DNA of 32,000 nt from Breznakia sp. PF5-3 (GTDB lineage: Bacteria; Bacillota_I; Bacilli_A; Erysipelotrichales; Erysipelotrichaceae). Each line of letters starts with the position of its first letter. The first letter of the stretch is position 1. The stretch covers positions 1 through 32,000 of the forward strand of contig NZ_JAQFIQ010000008.1 in NCBI RefSeq assembly GCF_029504745.1, written 5' to 3'. The notes below the pieces were generated by a model. That model saw only the letters and a program-made list of their open reading frames with translations, did not search any database and was not told the origin of the DNA. Position numbers and translations under genes: made by a program. This document shows, piece by piece, positions 22,746 through 31,269 of this stretch.

Positions 22746-24714
22746 ATACTTCTCTTAAAACAATACCACTATCATCTACTGCTTTTAAGATACTAGTTAT
22801 ACTTTTCGCATCACGTATAGAAGCTACGCGTTCATGATCATCAATCAATTCATAAAACTGTGAGAAGAAACTATAAATTTCACCCTGAGTTTCAAAGTCG
22901 ATAGCAATAACAAACACAATATCCACCTTATCATCTTCCGTCCAATTTATAGGACGCTCCAATTTAATTACTGCAACACCACTCTTTATCACATGAGTTC
23001 GATATCCATGGGGAATCGCTATGCCATTTCCAATGGACGTAGGTGTTATATTCTCACGTTGCAGAATCTTTTCTTCAAAGCCTTCACTTACAAAACCTTG
23101 TTCCATCAAAAGCTTACATCCTTTTTCAATTACATCTTCTTTTCGTTTTGCATTATATTTAGGAATAATCAAAGACTCTGAGAATAAATGATAATCTTTC
23201 ACAATAATCTCTTGCTTTTCCGCTTGAATTTCTTTTACTCGCTTTTCAATCAAAGCAAAATCTGGTGTTCCTACACGTCTTGATATTTTCAAAACATTAT
23301 CAAAAGGAACAGGGGTTGTCGTAATGATTAAATCATACTTTTCAGGATTTACTTCATTGATATTTTCACTATATACAACTTTCGATATATTGATATTATC
23401 AATACTACGTTTAATTTTATTCTCAATGTATTTAGAGGTATTATAATCGTATGATGTAATTAATAACGTTTTTAAATCATAGATGGTATCTTCCATTGCA
23501 TTATCAATTAACATTACAAAATAAGCAATGTCATTTTCGGTAAATTTCACATTTAGTTTGTTTTCAATTGGTAAAATATTTGCTAATACAATTCCATATA
23601 AACTAGGTAATTGTTTTTTTATATCACGACGGAAATAATTTCCTGTAATCATCTGATAGCTTTGTTGCATTTTCTTTTTTTGAAAAAAGAGACCGATATC
23701 ACTGATTAAACCTTCATTGATAAATAGTGTTTTATTTGCAATGATGTTTTTTAATCGTTCTACAAACTGACGAGCAATTTCATCATAATATTCTTCTTTG
23801 ATAAGACTGGTAGCTACATCATAAGAACCATGCAATACAAATTGAGCAGCCATACAACGAACTTCGATTGATAAATATGCTTGGACATCATCAATAGCGA
23901 TATCAAATAGCTTTTTTGCAGCAGTATAATCGCGGTTGGTGATTTTACAATTATTTAAAATGTTTTTTTCTAAAATGATATTTCCATCTTTCACCCGCAT
24001 CAAAGAGACACTGATATATTCTAATAATTGAACAAAAGAAACATCATCATAGACAAAATCGGTATCTTTTTCTACTTGTTGGAGTAATTTTTGAATTTCG
24101 ATAATATCCACTTTGGGATATACTTCTTTAAAGTAATTGTAATTTCGTTGGTCTATTCGATAATCTAAGATTTCATCAGGTCGTAAATATTTTAGTTGTA
24201 TATCTTCTAAACGAACACTGTTGTTGTACATCATCGCTTGGCGAATATGAAACTCACCACCTTCAATACATACACCTTTATTTCTTACTTTGATAATTTT
24301 TAAATCAAAGTACTGTAACCATTTTTCAATTACTTCTAAATCTCGAAGAATGATATTTCTACCCACTCCAAGGTCATCCGCAAAAATTTGAATTGTATAA
24401 TTGGAGTTGTGTTTAAATAAAATATCTAAGATATAATTTTTTCGATATGCGAAAGAATACGACTTATCATGATTCTGATTGATGAGTTCTGATAGCTTTT
24501 GTTTTTCAAATACTTCCCCTTCGATCCAAAACCCTTTTCCTGGAACCGAGTTTAAAACTGCTCCACTTGTTTGAATCGTTTTTCGTACATAATCCATATT
24601 GTGTTTTATACTACTTATCGACATTCCAATCTCTGTAGCAATCATCTTTGAAGTGATTGGTTGATCACTTTTTAATAAAACACGAATGGTCTTTTCTGTT
24701 AATACATCAATCAT
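22744..24714 (-). CDS. PRD-containing PTS-controlled transcriptional activator (MtlR/LicR/ManR type)
   Basis: About 656 aa with N-terminal HTH regions and central PRD-length segments. The C-terminal EIIA_2-like domain carries GNGIAIPHG. Start moved to the ATG at 24714 because GGAGGA lies 5 nt upstream; the track used the GTG at 24726. Confidence 0.8.
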   Translation of the reverse strand: MIDVLTEKTIRVLLKSDQPITSKMIATEIGMSISSIKHNMDYVRKTIQTSGAVLNSVPGKGFWIEGEVFEKQKLSELINQNHDKSYSFAYRKNYILDILFKHNSNYTIQIFADDLGVGRNIILRDLEVIEKWLQYFDLKIIKVRNKGVCIEGGEFHIRQAMMYNNSVRLEDIQLKYLRPDEILDYRIDQRNYNYFKEVYPKVDIIEIQKLLQQVEKDTDFVYDDVSFVQLLEYISVSLMRVKDGNIILEKNILNNCKITNRDYTAAKKLFDIAIDDVQAYLSIEVRCMAAQFVLHGSYDVATSLIKEEYYDEIARQFVERLKNIIANKTLFINEGLISDIGLFFQKKKMQQSYQMITGNYFRRDIKKQLPSLYGIVLANILPIENKLNVKFTENDIAYFVMLIDNAMEDTIYDLKTLLITSYDYNTSKYIENKIKRSIDNINISKVVYSENINEVNPEKYDLIITTTPVPFDNVLKISRRVGTPDFALIEKRVKEIQAEKQEIIVKDYHLFSESLIIPKYNAKRKEDVIEKGCKLLMEQGFVSEGFEEKILQRENITPTSIGNGIAIPHGYRTHVIKSGVAVIKLERPINWTEDDKVDIVFVIAIDFETQGEIYSFFSQFYELIDDHERVASIRDAKSITSILKAVDDSGIVLREV

Positions 24715-24772
24715 GCGTTCCTCCACAAAATTAAAAAAGATAGTGTTTTCCCTATCCCTTCTATTACAACCG

Positions 24773-24801
24773 TTTACATTTACATTCTACCATATTACAA
24801 T
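24773..24801 (+). promoter_or_regulatory. promoter TTTACA-17-TACAAT for the C-S lyase gene
   Basis: The spacing is exactly 17 nt. The RBS TAAGGAGAA follows about 20 nt later. Confidence 0.55.
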
Positions 24802-24832
24802 ACTAGTAGTAAAAAACTATTAAGGAGAAACT

Positions 24833-26002
24833 ATGGTAAATTTTGATAAAGAAACAAATCGTGTACATACAAACGCGATTAAATGGGATAATCGTAAAGA
24901 AGTATTTGGTAAAGAAGATGTTCTTCCTTTATGGGTTGCTGACATGGATTTTGAAACACCAAAAGAAGTGATAGAAGCAATGCAAAAACGAATTCAACAT
25001 GGCATCTTTGGTTACACAGATATTCCTGATAAACTATATGATGCTGTCATCGATTGGAACTGGAAACGTCATGAATGGAAAATAGAAAAAGCGAACATTG
25101 TTTTTAATAACAATGTCCTTTCTTCCATTAATGCACTGTTGCGTATTTTAAGTAAAGAAGGAGATGGCATCTTAATGCTTACACCTGTATACTTTCCTTT
25201 CTTTAATATTGTGAATATGTTGAAACGAGTGCCTATCTATTCAGAAATGAAAGTTGTTGATGATCGTTATGCAATAGATTTTGATGATTTAGAAAAACAA
25301 ATCATTGAACAAAAACCAAAAGTTTTGTTATTCTGTAACCCTCACAATCCTGGAGGTAGAGTTTGGAATCAAGAAGAATTAAAAAAGGTTATCGAACTTT
25401 GTGAACGTTATCATATTGAAATCATCTCTGATGATATTCATAAAGATATCGTTTTCCCTTATATTACCTATACGCCAATGATAAATATGACAACGACGTA
25501 TAAAGAACATATCTTTACAATTACAGCACCAACAAAAATCTTCAATATTGCAGGTATAAAAGCAGCTTATACCATTTTCTATAATGATAATATGAAGAAA
25601 CGTTTTACTTTAGAAACTAAAAAGATGAATTATTCATCTTTAAATATTCTAGCAATTGAAGCTACCCTCGCTGCTTATACTAAGTGTGCTTATTGGGTTG
25701 ATGAGCTTTGTGACTATTTACAAGAAGGCTATCAAATTATTAGAGATGGATTAAAGAACACTAAGTTCCACTGTTTAGAAAGTGAAGGAACTTTCCTTGT
25801 TTGGATTGACTATCGTAAGTTTAACTTATCTTCTGATGAAATGGAAAAACGATTAATTAATGCTGGTTTAGGAATCCAAATGGGAAAACAATTTGGCGAA
25901 GCTGGAACACCTTTCTTTAGATTGAACATTGGTACTCAACATGATAACTTGCATAAAGCTGTTAAGCTTTTAAAAGAAGTAGATAGAGCCGTAACGAAAT
26001 AG
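24833..26002 (+). CDS. PatB/MalY-type PLP-dependent C-S lyase (class I/II aminotransferase fold)
   Basis: 389 aa. The N-terminus FDKETNRVHTNAIKWD...LPLWVADMDFETP is typical of MalY/PatB. Also present: CNPHNPGGRVW and the PLP Lys region APTKIFNIAGIK. Confidence 0.8.
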   Translation: MVNFDKETNRVHTNAIKWDNRKEVFGKEDVLPLWVADMDFETPKEVIEAMQKRIQHGIFGYTDIPDKLYDAVIDWNWKRHEWKIEKANIVFNNNVLSSINALLRILSKEGDGILMLTPVYFPFFNIVNMLKRVPIYSEMKVVDDRYAIDFDDLEKQIIEQKPKVLLFCNPHNPGGRVWNQEELKKVIELCERYHIEIISDDIHKDIVFPYITYTPMINMTTTYKEHIFTITAPTKIFNIAGIKAAYTIFYNDNMKKRFTLETKKMNYSSLNILAIEATLAAYTKCAYWVDELCDYLQEGYQIIRDGLKNTKFHCLESEGTFLVWIDYRKFNLSSDEMEKRLINAGLGIQMGKQFGEAGTPFFRLNIGTQHDNLHKAVKLLKEVDRAVTK

Positions 26003-26098
26003 ATTAATCAGATGATTAACTATAAGAGTTACAGCTCTTTTTTTATATTTTAGGTGTATTAAAAATCGTGATACGAATATCACAGGATTGCTTTCGTA

Positions 26099-27037
26099 TT
26101 ACAGTTCCTTTTTTACATATGTGACATAGCTTAAGTCTAAACTTCCTGTTAATGTAATTGGACCAAACTCACAAGGTATAAATAATGTTTCACCACCCTT
26201 GATTGCAATATCATTAACCTTTCCTTCTCCACCTAAACAAGTTAAGAAATAGAATTCATCACGTTCATAATTACCTTTTGTTTCTATTTCAATATGTCCA
26301 GCACTATAAACCCCTGGTTCATCGTGGAAGGATGTAAGGATGCAACAATCTTTTTCAATCTTATTCAAATCAACTAAACCAATTTTATCATTGGGTATAT
26401 TTACACACTCAAACACTTTCTGAACGTGTAAATCTCTTGGTTGGTTTGTTGTTTCATCAATTCGATCATAATCATAAAGACGATATGTAAGATCTGCATT
26501 CTGTGAAAATTCAATTAAAACAAATCCACCCCCAAAAGCATGCAATGTACCATATGGTACATCAACAAATTCACCAGCTTTGATTGGAATATATCGCAAT
26601 AAATTATCCCAGTCTCCTTCGTTTACTTTCTCAATAAACTCCTCTCTGGTTTTCGCATAATGACCAAGTTCCATTGTTCCTTCACCTTCAATGAAATACA
26701 CTCCATCTGGTTTTCCTAAACGATGATCGTGTTTTAAAGCATATTCATCATTGGGATGAACTTGTACAGACATTGGAATAATTGGATTGGCCATTGCAAC
26801 ACGAACAGGCATCTCTTTTGTATCACTACCAAACAAATCTTTATGATTATGATAAAAAGCAGATAGTTTCTCATTGGTCTCAAGAACATCACAGTCTAAA
26901 TGATTTGGCATCGCAATAACATTATAGCATTCACCAATATTTTTTAAATCCGTTTTATAACCATAACGTTTTATTAATTCCTGACCTCCCCAAATACGTT
27001 CATTGAACACTGGTAAAATATGATATATTTTTTTCAT
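26099..27037 (-). CDS. manA: mannose-6-phosphate isomerase, class I
   Basis: Start moved to the ATG at 27037 (MKKIYHILPVFNERIWGG, with AGAGGAGG upstream). Motifs: SVQVHPND and YGTLHA. Length is about 312 aa. Confidence 0.85.
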   Translation of the reverse strand: MKKIYHILPVFNERIWGGQELIKRYGYKTDLKNIGECYNVIAMPNHLDCDVLETNEKLSAFYHNHKDLFGSDTKEMPVRVAMANPIIPMSVQVHPNDEYALKHDHRLGKPDGVYFIEGEGTMELGHYAKTREEFIEKVNEGDWDNLLRYIPIKAGEFVDVPYGTLHAFGGGFVLIEFSQNADLTYRLYDYDRIDETTNQPRDLHVQKVFECVNIPNDKIGLVDLNKIEKDCCILTSFHDEPGVYSAGHIEIETKGNYERDEFYFLTCLGGEGKVNDIAIKGGETLFIPCEFGPITLTGSLDLSYVTYVKKEL

Positions 27038-27224
27038 GACTAAACCTCCTCTTATCTTCAGTATAAACAACCTGTTTATGAAGACAATATATATAACCAT
27101 AAACAATACACAAAATTAATCGCTATTTTATTAATCTGTCACTTAGCAAATGAAAATCAGAATAAATATGATCATTTGCGCACTTTTGAGCATTTTGTAT
27201 TATACTAAGTATAGAGGTGATCAT

Positions 27225-27983
27225 ATGAAATTATCCAAGCGACATCATCAAATCATGGAACTACTTTATTCACAAAAATATACAACTGTTAGTGAACTAG
27301 TAACATACTTAAATGTATCAAGTGCAACGATTCGTCGAGATCTAGTATCTTTAGAAAAAGAAGGTTTTTTGCTTCGTGAACATGGTGGAGCAAAAATAAA
27401 AGATCTTAATCACTCACAAAGTGCTGACTTTGAATTGCCAATTAAAAAGAAAATAGATATTCACAAACAAGAAAAAATAAACATCGCCCGTTATGTAGCA
27501 ACCATTCTTAATGATGGTGATTGCATCTATTTGGACAGTGGCTCTACTCCTGCGTATATCTATGATTATATACGTCATAAAAATATTACGATTGTAACAA
27601 ACAATTTATTTCTTTTAGATAAAATCAAAGAGAAAGATAAGGCATCAGTAATCTTTGGAGCTGGAACTTATGACTTTGCCCACCACACATTGAATGGAAC
27701 ATTATATTTAGATATTATCAAACAGTTTCAATTTAGCCATGCATTCATTGGCTGCAGTGGATTTAACATTGAGAACCTTCACTGCACTTGTACTTCTTTA
27801 CAATCGTCAAGTTATAAAAATCATGCTATGCAACAAAGTAAACAAACTTTTTTAGTAGCTGATGCCAGTAAAAAAGAGGAAGAAGGAATTATTTGTTTTG
27901 CATTGTCTTCTGCGTTTACAAAAATTCTTACAACCCCATTCCATTCTGAACATCTTCCAAAAAATGTATATTTCTGTTCATAA
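27225..27983 (+). CDS. DeoR/GlpR-family transcriptional regulator
   Basis: Start at MKLSKRHHQIMELL, with GAGGTG upstream. The HTH is VSELVTYLNVSSATIRRDLVSLEKEG. The C-terminal DeoR sugar-binding-type domain contains LDSGSTP. Confidence 0.85.
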   Translation: MKLSKRHHQIMELLYSQKYTTVSELVTYLNVSSATIRRDLVSLEKEGFLLREHGGAKIKDLNHSQSADFELPIKKKIDIHKQEKINIARYVATILNDGDCIYLDSGSTPAYIYDYIRHKNITIVTNNLFLLDKIKEKDKASVIFGAGTYDFAHHTLNGTLYLDIIKQFQFSHAFIGCSGFNIENLHCTCTSLQSSSYKNHAMQQSKQTFLVADASKKEEEGIICFALSSAFTKILTTPFHSEHLPKNVYFCS

Positions 27984-27984
27984 A

Positions 27985-28019
27985 GAAAAAATCGCTTCAT
28001 AGGAAGCGATCTCTTCTTT
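27985..28019. terminator. terminator between convergent DeoR and surface-protein genes
   Basis: AAAAAA-ATCGCTTC-atag-GAAGCGAT-CTCTTCTTT has a perfect 8-bp stem. The cleaner U-tract is on the minus strand. Confidence 0.65.
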
Positions 28020-29739
28020 ACTTATTCAATCTTTTTCTAGCTCTCAGTAAGATGATACTCATAAGTGATCCTACTGCTGCAATAAAGAATACATTTTTAT
28101 TTGTTGAATCTCCTGCTTTCACAGAAGCTTGTATTTCCGAAGCCTTGTTTGGCGTCTTATTTGTTGTGTTTCCATCTTTTGGATTTTCATTTCCTGGATT
28201 TGAAGGTATTTCAAGTTTTTCTTCCCATTTTGCATATAACGTAAATGAACTTTTTACTGGACTATTGAAGTCATATGCTATTGTACATTGTTCATCTGTA
28301 TACCATCCTTCAAATATATATCCTTCTTTAGTTGGTTCATTTGGTATCGTCACGAAACCTTCATCATATAACGTTTGACTCGCTACTTGACTTCCATCAA
28401 AGGTTTGGAAATTCACTGTATGTGCAATCAGTGTAAATCTTGATACAGCAGGAATGATTTCCCAAGTTTGGGTATTACCACTCATTCCAAAAACCATAAA
28501 TGATCCATCTGCTAAGGCAATTACATCAACTAACATACCTATTTCTGCACTCATTGCTATTCTTTTACCATTTCCATTTGTATCAAATTGAATAACACAA
28601 GGTTCTGACAAACCACTTATCGAATTATATGCTGTTCCAACTGAAACAACAGTTCCATCTGGTAATGCTTTTGTTGCATAAAATAGTCCATTGCTTAAAT
28701 CCATTTGTGGATTTAATAGAAGTGATCCTTCATCACTTAATCGAACGACAACTCCTGTTTCTACTCCATTTATTTCTGCTGTTCCTGAAGCAAGGAAAGA
28801 TCCATCATCCTGTGCCATAACATGATAAAAGTACACCCTTTCATAATTTGTAACATTTGATGGCTTTTCAAAAACACTAACACTTTCATCTGGTTTTATT
28901 TTTACTGCAATCTGTTGCGCTTCTTCATTTATTCTTCCTTCACCTACTGCAACCACATTTCCATTTGCATCTTTAGTAAGCTTCATAAATTCACCATTTG
29001 TAATTTCTGCAGGTGTTGGAATGACTTTTCCTTGGCCATCCGCACTAAATTTCACAATCAATGGTATGCTATTAGAATCACGTTGTCCAACAGCAATAAA
29101 AGATCCATCTGCTAAAGCACAAACATCGCTAAAATGACCTCCATCCATAACCAATTCTGGTAGATTTAATAACTGACTTGTACCATCCGTATTAAATTTC
29201 ACAACCACTGGTTGTTTTTTATCATTTGTAAACGTTCCGATTCCTGCAACAATAACAGATCCATCATTCAATACATCTCCATACACATAGTTTACTCTTT
29301 TCAACTCTTGCGATGCCGGTGCTGCTAGCACTTCTACATTACCAGCACTATCAATCTTAGCTGCAAGACCTTTGGTCACTTCATTTCCTCCTAGCCCAAA
29401 AATCATATAAGAATTATCAGCTAAAGGAATAACAGAATGAGCTTCTCCACTACTGATTACTTCTGGTAATGTAATTCTTGTTGCTGTTTGTGTTTGCGGG
29501 TCAAACACACTTACTAAAACATCATTACTTAAATATCCAACACTCACGACCTTTCCATTTGGTAATTGTGCTGCATTTACATAAACTCCTTCATCATCTG
29601 ATGCAAGACCATCAGCAATAGGGAAAACCTCTTCATTTCCATAATTATAAGCATTTATATTTTTTTGTGCATATGCAGTAAACACTGCAAAACAAAGACA
29701 CATCACAATGCATAGTGCCTTCCATTTTAAATTTTTCAT
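28018..29739 (-). CDS. secreted/cell-surface beta-propeller repeat protein with Listeria-Bacteroides (Flg_new) repeat and C-terminal sorting-type signal
   Basis: Start at MKNLKWKALCIVMCLCFAVFTAYA (signal peptide). About 8 repeats follow of the type L(A/P)DGS(F/V)(I/M)xxG. Then comes GYIFEGWYTDEQCTIAYDFNSPVKSSFTLYAKW (Flg_new/InlB-B-repeat signature), an N/P/K-rich linker, KAGDSTNKN, a hydrophobic stretch and an RARKRLNK tail. Confidence 0.85.
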   Translation of the reverse strand: MKNLKWKALCIVMCLCFAVFTAYAQKNINAYNYGNEEVFPIADGLASDDEGVYVNAAQLPNGKVVSVGYLSNDVLVSVFDPQTQTATRITLPEVISSGEAHSVIPLADNSYMIFGLGGNEVTKGLAAKIDSAGNVEVLAAPASQELKRVNYVYGDVLNDGSVIVAGIGTFTNDKKQPVVVKFNTDGTSQLLNLPELVMDGGHFSDVCALADGSFIAVGQRDSNSIPLIVKFSADGQGKVIPTPAEITNGEFMKLTKDANGNVVAVGEGRINEEAQQIAVKIKPDESVSVFEKPSNVTNYERVYFYHVMAQDDGSFLASGTAEINGVETGVVVRLSDEGSLLLNPQMDLSNGLFYATKALPDGTVVSVGTAYNSISGLSEPCVIQFDTNGNGKRIAMSAEIGMLVDVIALADGSFMVFGMSGNTQTWEIIPAVSRFTLIAHTVNFQTFDGSQVASQTLYDEGFVTIPNEPTKEGYIFEGWYTDEQCTIAYDFNSPVKSSFTLYAKWEEKLEIPSNPGNENPKDGNTTNKTPNKASEIQASVKAGDSTNKNVFFIAAVGSLMSIILLRARKRLNK

Positions 29740-29868
29740 TATACCGCCCTTCTGCTTCAACCCTCCAAAATGGTTAATTTGAAGCTATACAAATAAAAAT
29801 ATTCTCCCCAAAGTTAGAGTATCTAAAAAAAGGAACCCTTTCTTCAAAGAAAATATTTACAGCATAAC

Positions 29869-29895
29869 ATTATAACAAAACAACTAAAATTGCAA
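29869..29895 (-). promoter_or_regulatory. extended -10 promoter (TGtTATAAT) with TTGCAA 15 nt upstream
   Basis: Minus strand: TTGCAAttttagttgttTTGTTATAAT. It lies about 130 nt upstream of the surface-protein start. Confidence 0.45.
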
Positions 29896-29934
29896 GCATT
29901 TATATTATTTTTTATAATTATAAAACATGAAAGT

Positions 29935-30288
29935 TTATATTCCTTCATTTACACTCGCATCTTTGATTTCTTTATTTAAGAAATAAGAGATAACCGTACG
30001 AATAATAACGGTTGCTGCTAATAAGGCAATATCAGTAAGGGTTGGACTTACAATCGTTTCAATGATATCAGCAGCAATTAAGATTTCTAAACTTAATAAA
30101 ATATAAGAAGCCAATTGATTTTTTATCTTTGTTGTTTCAATAAATTCTTGTTTTCGATTGTTTGTAGTAAATCTTGATATAATAAAATCTTTTGCACTAC
30201 AAAGCACTCCATAAGTAAGTACAATTACTGAGAAAATATCAATGATTGTTGCTAAGGTATCTAAAACTGGTGCTATTCTATCCATCAT
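29935..30288 (-). CDS. DUF1622-like small membrane protein
   Basis: Start at MMDRIAPVLD, with AAGGAGGAAG 5 nt upstream. It has 3-4 TM segments. The segment LSLEILIAADIIETIV...IRTVISYFLNKE resembles DUF1622, from memory only. Confidence 0.6.
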   Translation of the reverse strand: MMDRIAPVLDTLATIIDIFSVIVLTYGVLCSAKDFIISRFTTNNRKQEFIETTKIKNQLASYILLSLEILIAADIIETIVSPTLTDIALLAATVIIRTVISYFLNKEIKDASVNEGI

Positions 30289-30354
30289 TTCTACTTCCTC
30301 CTTGTACATATATTGTATAACAAAGAAATATTATATGCATTTATAAGGCATATG

Positions 30355-30387
30355 AAAACAGACATCCTTTGAGGATGTCTATTTTTT
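30355..30387 (-). terminator. intrinsic terminator after the tandem aldolase genes
   Basis: AGACATCC-tttga-GGATGTCT (perfect 8 bp) lies immediately after the stop at 30386. T-runs are present on both strands. Confidence 0.6.
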
Positions 30388-31252
30388 AACGATATAGTGA
30401 CGCTTTATCTGTGGCATTAAATAAGTCTATTTTATTTCCAACAACACAACGACACGCTTTTATACTCTCTGGATAAATTTCTAAAGGTTCTCTATATCCA
30501 GGATTGGCATTTAATACTTCTCTACATTTTTCATAGAATGCTACTTTAATATCACTTGATATATTAATTTTTGATATTCCAATTTTTACTGCTTCTGCAA
30601 TTTCTTCATCTTTGTTTGAAGAACCACCATGAAGTACTAATGGAATCTCAACTTTATCTTTTATCTTTTGTAAGATATCTAAGCGTAATTCTGGTTTCAT
30701 ATCTTTTGGATAAATACCATGAGCCGTACCAATTGCAACAGCAAGGGTGTCAACGCCTGTCTTTTCCACAAAATCTACAGCTTGTTCTGGATCTGTATAA
30801 ATTACATCCTTTGTTCCGCCTTCAATTGAGTTTCCAGTTACTCCGATTGTTCCTAATTCTGCTTCAACAGAAACATTTTTAGGATGCGCAAGGGCAACTA
30901 CTTGTTTTGTAATTTCCACATTTGCATCATAAGGCATTTTTGAAGCATCAATCATTACAGATGTAAAGCCAGCCTGAATTGCTCTTTTCACAATATCAAT
31001 ATTATCGCCATGATCCAAATGAATCACAACGGGAATACTTGCTTTCTTTGCTTCATAAATCATACTTTCAATTAAGCTTTCTTCCACAAACTTTAATTCA
31101 TCTGGTGACAATTCTAATATTACTGGTGCATTTTTTGCGATTGACTCTTGCATAACTGCTTTCAATAATTGATCACTTCCAATATTAAATGCAGGAACAG
31201 CAAAGCCATTTTTATTTGCTACTTCTAATAAATCTTTCATATTCATTAACAT
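30386..31252 (-). CDS. class II ketose-bisphosphate aldolase family protein (paralogue 2)
   Basis: 288 aa. Motifs: IHLDHG, VEAELG, IGTAHG, LHGGSS. Confidence 0.85.
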   Translation of the reverse strand: MLMNMKDLLEVANKNGFAVPAFNIGSDQLLKAVMQESIAKNAPVILELSPDELKFVEESLIESMIYEAKKASIPVVIHLDHGDNIDIVKRAIQAGFTSVMIDASKMPYDANVEITKQVVALAHPKNVSVEAELGTIGVTGNSIEGGTKDVIYTDPEQAVDFVEKTGVDTLAVAIGTAHGIYPKDMKPELRLDILQKIKDKVEIPLVLHGGSSNKDEEIAEAVKIGISKINISSDIKVAFYEKCREVLNANPGYREPLEIYPESIKACRCVVGNKIDLFNATDKASLYR

Positions 31253-31269
31253 AGTTCATATCCTTCTTT

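Noticed and set aside
26003-26098. Weak hairpins after the C-S lyase gene (AAGAG-ttacag-CTCTT plus T7, about 26024..26046) and after manA (GTGATA-cgaa-TATCAC, 26068..26083)
   Set aside because: They are probably the terminators of the two convergent genes. However, the stems are only 5-6 bp and AT-rich, so I did not list them as confident features.
29825-29845. Short hairpin plus T-run (AAGG-aac-CCTT, TTTTTTT on the minus strand) in the leader of the second surface-protein gene, considered as an attenuator
   Set aside because: The stem is only 4-5 bp, and no alternative antiterminator pairing or known leader motif was seen.
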